64,000 nucleotides of DNA. It comes from Methanobacteriota archaeon (lineage in GTDB: Archaea > Thermoplasmatota > Poseidoniia > Poseidoniales > Poseidoniaceae). A model generated the notes under the pieces. It saw nothing but the letters and a program-made list of their open reading frames with translations, had not been told where the DNA came from and did not search any database. Positions 58,849-64,000 of the stretch are shown in pieces (position 1 is the stretch's first letter; each line of letters opens with the position of its first letter). The stretch is from the NCBI GenBank assembly GCA_002718195.1, contig PBDU01000011.1:91927-155926 (forward strand), given 5' to 3'. The position numbers and the translations under genes are program-made.

Positions 58849-60030
58849 GTGTTAGTGGTATTTGGACATAATGTGAAAGAGATTAAATTCAATGTTCCAT
58901 TTTTGGCTGGCAATGAAAGGAAATACCTTGATGAGGTGTTTCAAAACATGCAGTTCGCCGGCAATGGTCCATTTACCAATAGGGTACAATCATTCCTTGA
59001 GGCTTACCTAAATGCTCCGCGGGTTCTCTTGACTCATAGTTGCACAGGTGCGTTAGAACTGGCAGCGATGCTTGCTGGCTTTGGTCCAGGAGATGAGGTG
59101 ATTGTTCCATCTTTCACGTTTGTCACTAGCGCTTCTGCTATTCAGAGAACAGGTGCAACAGTTGTATTTTGTGAGGTGGATCAGGAAACAATGATAGTTG
59201 ATTTAGTGGATCTTGAAAGTAAAATAACTGAAAAGACCAAAGGAGTAGTAATTGTTGATTATGCAGGAAATACTTGTAATTTTGAACAAGTCACAAAGAT
59301 TTGCTCGCAGTACGGTTTAGAGTGTATAGAAGATGCTGCACAAGGATTGGGATCTTTATACAAAGGCAAGAAGCTATCAACTCTTGCAAGATTTGGTGCA
59401 ATTTCATTTCATGAAACTAAAAATATCCACAGTGGTCTGGGTGGGTGCTTGGTGATAAATAACCAAAAAGACGTTGAGAAAGCAGAGATGGTTTGGGAGA
59501 GGGGAACAAACCGCAGCGCATTTTTCAAAGGATTAGTTGACAAGTATAGTTGGCAAGAAATAGGTTCTTCGTTCTATCCAAGTGAGTTGCAGGCAGCATT
59601 TCTTTTTGCTCAGTTGGAGGGTTTGGAAACTAATCTAAAGAAAAGAAAAGATGTTTGGGAATCTTACTTCAATGAAATTTCAAAAATAGAAAAAAGAAGT
59701 AAATTTAGAATTCTTAAAACTCCAGATTGGTGTGAAAATAATGCTCATTTATTCGGTTTAATTTTTGAAACACCTGAGATGGCTGATAAGATTAGAATTG
59801 ATCTAAATAAACATGGAATAAATGCGGTAATCCATTATGTTCCTTTGCACGAGTCCAAAGTAGGTGCAGACTTAGGATATACTGCTTCAGATTTACCGAT
59901 TACAAGCAACGCAGCCTCTTGTTTGCTTAGATTGCCCCTACACCACGAATTATCGCAAGATGACGTCTTTTACATCATTCAGACTCTTGGTGAACTTCTT
60001 GATTCAAATTCCCCCAATTACCGATTATAG
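58849..60030 (+). CDS. DegT/DnrJ/EryC1/StrS-family PLP-dependent sugar aminotransferase (GTG start)
   Basis: N-terminal VPFLAGNERKYLDEVF..., the PLP fold, a conserved Lys region (SFHETKNIHSG), and the C-terminal YIIQTL helix. Confidence 0.8.
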   Translation: MLVVFGHNVKEIKFNVPFLAGNERKYLDEVFQNMQFAGNGPFTNRVQSFLEAYLNAPRVLLTHSCTGALELAAMLAGFGPGDEVIVPSFTFVTSASAIQRTGATVVFCEVDQETMIVDLVDLESKITEKTKGVVIVDYAGNTCNFEQVTKICSQYGLECIEDAAQGLGSLYKGKKLSTLARFGAISFHETKNIHSGLGGCLVINNQKDVEKAEMVWERGTNRSAFFKGLVDKYSWQEIGSSFYPSELQAAFLFAQLEGLETNLKKRKDVWESYFNEISKIEKRSKFRILKTPDWCENNAHLFGLIFETPEMADKIRIDLNKHGINAVIHYVPLHESKVGADLGYTASDLPITSNAASCLLRLPLHHELSQDDVFYIIQTLGELLDSNSPNYRL

Positions 60031-60676
60031 CCGCTTTTATGCTCACAAAAACAGCACTACCAAGCAGCGGTGAACCAATAAAAATAATCCAATTTTTCAG
60101 TAAGTAATCCACCTCCTCAATGTTGCTTAAGAACAAATTTCCAGTGATTGAAAAACCCATTAGCCTGAGGCCGATGTAAAAAGAGAACAAAAATAATGCA
60201 ACGTCATTATCATTTATTTTGATATTTGAAAAAATGGCATAAGTGCCCAAAATCATTGATGAAATCGTGAAAATTGAAATGTAGCCAAACAGTGACATGA
60301 ACATTGTTGTTGACACTAAAGTAGAAGCAAAGAAGAGAATAAAGCCCCGCTTGTCATTGAAAACACTCTCTAAAAAATGGCACATCAATAATGCAAAACA
60401 CAAATAAATCGCAAGAAATTCAGTGGATGGAGCTTTTGTAAACCAAGTTACGGTGAATACCAATAAAGCAGATAATGGATGAACTGGGCTTAGTGGCTGC
60501 AACTCGTCAACACTTCGTAGGATAATCAGACATATAAGTGAGAAAATAGGAATAGCAACTTCAAATATATCTGTCAATAATAAGATTGCAGGTGAATAAA
60601 TCATAACCAAAGATGAGGCTAAAAGAAGAGGTGTTCTTTGGCCATTGTCAATACTTTTGTAGTCAAAATCGCTCAT
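59975..60676 (-). CDS. Hypothetical polytopic membrane protein (6-7 TM). Possible glycan polymerase or ligase-like protein; unassigned
   Basis: 233 aa, almost entirely hydrophobic helices. Convergent 56-nt 3' overlap with the DegT gene. Confidence 0.45.
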   Translation of the reverse strand: MSDFDYKSIDNGQRTPLLLASSLVMIYSPAILLLTDIFEVAIPIFSLICLIILRSVDELQPLSPVHPLSALLVFTVTWFTKAPSTEFLAIYLCFALLMCHFLESVFNDKRGFILFFASTLVSTTMFMSLFGYISIFTISSMILGTYAIFSNIKINDNDVALFLFSFYIGLRLMGFSITGNLFLSNIEEVDYLLKNWIIFIGSPLLGSAVFVSIKAAIIGNWGNLNQEVHQESE

Positions 60677-60759
60677 TTATTCCCTCCCTTGATTGGGGGA
60701 CTTGCCTCGTTTTAATTAAATTTAGGTAACCCTAAAAACAGAACTGAATTGGTTCGACC

Positions 60760-61539
60760 ATGGGTGACAGCACCAACCTTTGCGGAGTAGTCTTGGCTGG
60801 AGGCTGGGGTACCCGTTTAATGCCACTTACAACATCAACAAACAAACACTTGTTACCGGTGTATGACGAGCCAATGATTTGTAAATCGGTTGCAACTCTT
60901 GCCCGTATGGGAATTAAAGAAATAATGGTCGTCTTGGGTGGTTACTCCGGAAATTCTTTCTTCGCTTTGTTGGGAGATGGGCACAGATACGGTTTAGATA
61001 TTCGTTACGCATATCAAGAGCAAGCAGGCGGTATCGCAGAGGCGCTTCGATTAACAAAGGGGTTTGTTGGGTCTAGAAATGTAGCGGTTATACTTGGCGA
61101 TAATGTTTTCCAGCAATCAATGAAAAAATACGCTGACGAATTTGTAAAAGATGAATTACATGAGTGCTATTTGTTTCTCAAACCTGTACCCGATCCTGAA
61201 TCTTTCGGGATTGCATGGATAGATAGTGATGGGAGAATAGTGAACATGCAGGAAAAACCGGCTGTTTCTGATTCTAATTTAGCAATTACAGGATTATACC
61301 TCTACACTCCGCTGGTATTTGATATGATTGAGGAAATATTGTCAACTACTGGTTACTCAAATAGAGGTGAGTTGGAAATCACTGATATCAATCGTCTATT
61401 TATGCAAAAAGATTTAGCAAAGGGCTGCAATTTTGATTCTCACTGGGCTGATTGTGGAACAATAGATGCATTACTCGAAACATCAGTCCTAATGAAAAAT
61501 TGGGACCTTGGTCCCTGGTTACCAGTTAAGGAGGAATGA
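60760..61539 (+). CDS. Sugar-1-phosphate nucleotidyltransferase (glucose-1-phosphate thymidylyl/uridylyltransferase, RmlA-like)
   Basis: GVVLAGGWGTRLMPLTTSTNKHLLPV (G-x-G-T-R-L motif). 259 aa. Confidence 0.8.
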   Translation: MGDSTNLCGVVLAGGWGTRLMPLTTSTNKHLLPVYDEPMICKSVATLARMGIKEIMVVLGGYSGNSFFALLGDGHRYGLDIRYAYQEQAGGIAEALRLTKGFVGSRNVAVILGDNVFQQSMKKYADEFVKDELHECYLFLKPVPDPESFGIAWIDSDGRIVNMQEKPAVSDSNLAITGLYLYTPLVFDMIEEILSTTGYSNRGELEITDINRLFMQKDLAKGCNFDSHWADCGTIDALLETSVLMKNWDLGPWLPVKEE

Positions 61540-61540
61540 A

Positions 61541-62575
61541 ATGAATATTTTAGTAACTGGTGGTTGTGGTTTTATTGGTAACCATGTAGTCAGGAATGCG
61601 CTTCTAATTCCTGGAGTCAGTGCAGTGGTTAACCTCGATTTGTTAACTTATTCTGGAAACCTTCTGAATCTAGAAGATGTTAATGATGAACGTTATTCCT
61701 TTGTTCATGGTTCAATAACAGATTCGCATATTGTACAAAAGACATTACAGGATTTTGACATTGATGTGATCCTGCATCTTGCTGCTGAAAGCCATGTTGA
61801 TCGTTCGATAAATTCAGTTCAACCATTTATCGAAACTAACATCGATGGTACAAGGGTTCTGCTTGAATCTGTAGTAAGTGCGTCAAGCTCGGGGAAAAAA
61901 ATAGCATTTGTTCATGTTTCTACCGATGAAGTGTATGGCTCTCTAGAGCCGGATGAACATTCATTCACCGAAGAGACGCCACTTAATCCACAGAATCCTT
62001 ATGCTGCTTCGAAAGCATCTTCAGATATGTTAGTCAATGCTTTCATCAATACGCATGATATATCTGCCGCTATTACTCGATGTTCGAACAATTACGGTCC
62101 TCGCCAGTTTCCAGAGAAACTAATTCCACTAATGGTTTTGAAAGCCAAGAAAGGAGAACAACTACCAGTATACGGAGACGGCAAGCAGATTAGAGATTGG
62201 ATTCATGTTGAAGATCATGCGAACGGAATTTTGTCCACGATGCTTGCGTTGTACATGGGTACTATTGCTTCAGGTGAAGTATTTAATTTCGGAGCGGATA
62301 ATGAGCAACAGAATATTTCTATTGTTCAACATATCATCTCTCGAACTGGTGCTAATTTATCTCAGATAAAACATGTAACCGACCGTCCCGGTCATGACCG
62401 TAGATATGCAATGGGATACCAAAAGGCAAAAGCCATCTTAGGATGGAAACCTGAAATAGATTGGGAAGTAGGAATTAATGATACAATTAAATGGTATATG
62501 GAAAATCCTGATTGGATAAGATCAATAGAAACGGGAGAGTATCGTGAATATATCAAAGAGCAATATAAATCTTAG
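61541..62575 (+). CDS. rfbB: dTDP-glucose 4,6-dehydratase (RmlB-like extended SDR)
   Basis: ILVTGGCGFIGNHVV NAD motif, the catalytic YAASKASSDMLV (YxxxK), and DRPGHDRRYA. The ATG at 61541 follows the RmlA-like stop by 1 nt. Confidence 0.85.
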   Translation: MNILVTGGCGFIGNHVVRNALLIPGVSAVVNLDLLTYSGNLLNLEDVNDERYSFVHGSITDSHIVQKTLQDFDIDVILHLAAESHVDRSINSVQPFIETNIDGTRVLLESVVSASSSGKKIAFVHVSTDEVYGSLEPDEHSFTEETPLNPQNPYAASKASSDMLVNAFINTHDISAAITRCSNNYGPRQFPEKLIPLMVLKAKKGEQLPVYGDGKQIRDWIHVEDHANGILSTMLALYMGTIASGEVFNFGADNEQQNISIVQHIISRTGANLSQIKHVTDRPGHDRRYAMGYQKAKAILGWKPEIDWEVGINDTIKWYMENPDWIRSIETGEYREYIKEQYKS

Positions 62576-62583
62576 ATTAAAGA

Positions 62584-63420
62584 TTAATTTTGGCTGATTA
62601 ATTTGCGAGCTTCCTTTACCATTTTGACAAGTTCTATTCTTGCTTCATCTGGTGTTTTTACATCCTTTTCAAATCCTAAACGAATCGGTTTCGTTTCCGA
62701 ATTAATGGTAGCCATCATTTCAAAGCCATACCTGTCTATGTGAGTCATTACTGCATGAGATGTTTCTTTTGCCTTACTCATAGTTTGGCAATACAAAACT
62801 AGGGCATCTGAGTGATCTTCATTCATGTGTGTAATTATATCATCAGAATTTTGTAATAAAGGATCTGGCTCTGAACTATTCCATCTTGATTCATTGACCC
62901 AAGACATTCTTCCAAAGCCACCTATGTAGCGGACTGATTCCACATTGAGTCGGAAAAATGCAAAATCTTCCCAATCAGCATAAACACTAGCACTTTCGTG
63001 AGCCTCAATGAAGGATTTTTTGACGGATTCCCGCTCATCATCTTGTACCTCTAGACATTCGCCTACCAGTGTCACTCTGCTTAGTGCAAGTGGATTTCCT
63101 TCTCCAGTCTCAGCGATTAATGCTGATGCTTTCGAGTTTGCATTGAGATTTTTTGTATGTTCGGCTAATTGGCTTAGAAGGAAAATTAGGTCGCCATTGT
63201 GCATTGCATATGTGACAAATGAACCGTAAGGATGTCCTTTTGATTTTTCAGAGATCGTGCATAACGTAGCAACATCCATCTTTGCTATCAATGTCCTTGC
63301 GTATTCTGCATGGGATGGTTTAGGAACATTACGATCATACATTAAATCTGGTTTAGAGGAACCGTCGGCAGTTGGGGATGCGTGCTTTGTAAATTTCTTT
63401 TTGGTTGTTTCTTTCGACAT
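62584..63420 (-). CDS. Pyridoxamine-5'-phosphate-oxidase-like FMN-binding split-barrel protein with a DUF2470-like C-terminal domain (HugZ/HutZ-like, putative heme-degrading or heme-binding)
   Basis: The split-barrel N-domain pattern (ARTLIAKMDVATLCTIS...GHPYGSFVTYAM..GDLIFLLSQLAEHTKNL) followed by a second alpha/beta domain, as in HugZ-family proteins. 278 aa. Confidence 0.5.
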   Translation of the reverse strand: MSKETTKKKFTKHASPTADGSSKPDLMYDRNVPKPSHAEYARTLIAKMDVATLCTISEKSKGHPYGSFVTYAMHNGDLIFLLSQLAEHTKNLNANSKASALIAETGEGNPLALSRVTLVGECLEVQDDERESVKKSFIEAHESASVYADWEDFAFFRLNVESVRYIGGFGRMSWVNESRWNSSEPDPLLQNSDDIITHMNEDHSDALVLYCQTMSKAKETSHAVMTHIDRYGFEMMATINSETKPIRLGFEKDVKTPDEARIELVKMVKEARKLISQN

Positions 63421-63433
63421 AATTATACCTCTG

Positions 63434-64000
63434 TTAATTGTTTATTTCATCTTTTACTACTATCTGAATATTTCCGGAGGGTGAATTATAAATTTCCGAG
63501 GATACCATGAATACTTCTGCTATATTTTCTGGTGTAAGGACTTCGACAGGTTCACCATCAGCAATAATTTTCCCCTCTGATAATAGAATAATCCTATCTG
63601 CGAACCTTGCTGCTATGTTGATATCATGAATTGCTATTAATGCCGATCTTGGGTTTGCTTTATCCTCAACAAGCGTTTTTATTTTTTTCATAACTTGGAT
63701 TTGATTGTTTAAGTCAAGGTCACTTGTAGGCTCGTCAAGTAAAAACAATCTGGGCTCTTGTGCTATTGCTTTGGCAATAACGACTCGTTGCCTTTCACCT
63801 CCTGAAAGCCTGTTGAATTTTCTAAATGCGAACTCTTCTAGACCAAAAAAGTGGATTGTTTTACTTACAATTTCACGGTCATTTTTCGATATAGCCCAGT
63901 TGATATATGGTCTCCTTCCAAGCATTACGACATCAAAGACATCAATTGAGAAACTTGACTTGACCGACTGTGGGACATATGAAATGAGGCGAGATAAGCT
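63434..64000 (-). CDS. ABC transporter ATP-binding protein of the iron-chelate/heme (FepC/FecE/HmuV) type; the 5' end lies beyond the window
   Basis: Signature LSGGERQRVVIAKAIAQEP, Walker B LFLLDEPTSDLD, H-loop IHDIN. The frame stays open upstream of the annotated Met to the window edge (...SLSRLISYVPQSVKSSFSIDVFDVV-MLGRRPY...), typical of FepC N-terminal regions. Confidence 0.8.
   Translation of the reverse strand, partial: SLSRLISYVPQSVKSSFSIDVFDVVMLGRRPYINWAISKNDREIVSKTIHFFGLEEFAFRKFNRLSGGERQRVVIAKAIAQEPRLFLLDEPTSDLDLNNQIQVMKKIKTLVEDKANPRSALIAIHDINIAARFADRIILLSEGKIIADGEPVEVLTPENIAEVFMVSSEIYNSPSGNIQIVVKDEINN

Noticed and set aside
63434-63925. Treating the 163-aa ORF as a complete gene
   Set aside because: The Walker A motif is missing, and the reading frame stays open upstream of the Met to the window edge with a typical FepC-like sequence. 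The gene is therefore truncated by the window boundary.

Overview
This is a compact, gene-dense (~90% coding) stretch of a low-GC prokaryotic chromosome. It is most consistent with a marine planktonic archaeon (Poseidoniales / Marine Group II-like Thermoplasmatota). That lineage call is inference, based on an archaeal-type tRNA-Gln, a Gar1-like H/ACA protein, an archaeal NFACT/Rqc2 homologue, a two-subunit 2-oxoacid:ferredoxin oxidoreductase, an AglD-like GT2, giant surface proteins with C-terminal TM anchors, and many bacterial-type genes as seen in MGII genomes. No CRISPR array, transposase or integrase is visible. Three things dominate the window. First, two giant (2097 aa and 2224 aa) cell-surface proteins with FG-GAP/VCBS-like repeats (the first also with a long thrombospondin-type-3 calcium-binding repeat array), each ending in one TM helix plus an unusual long low-complexity cytoplasmic tail. 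Second, a block of central metabolism and protein turnover genes: M29 and M32 peptidases, thiolase, aconitase, 2-oxoacid:Fd oxidoreductase alpha/beta, SAH hydrolase, MogA, a dihydroorotase-like amidohydrolase and thiamine pyrophosphokinase. Third, a surface-glycan cluster: flippase-like protein, GT2, WbqC, ATP-grasp, DegT aminotransferase, RmlA and RmlB. Two tRNAs are present, Phe-GAA and Gln-CUG, both without an encoded CCA. Less ordinary items are listed in the findings. They include a tightly coupled Nudix-MBL fusion / NFACT / SAM-methyltransferase operon, a Gar1-like protein with a eukaryote-like RGG/GAR tail that is translationally coupled to a TPR membrane protein, and a Q/N-rich EF-hand zinc-ribbon protein downstream of giant protein 1. 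Others are a Dam-class DNA methyltransferase with an uncharacterised 300-aa C-terminal extension, an internally duplicated PhnD-like binding protein in a phnDCE-like transporter, and a HugZ-like protein next to an iron/heme-type ABC ATPase. All functional calls are from reading motifs in the supplied translations; no database search was run.
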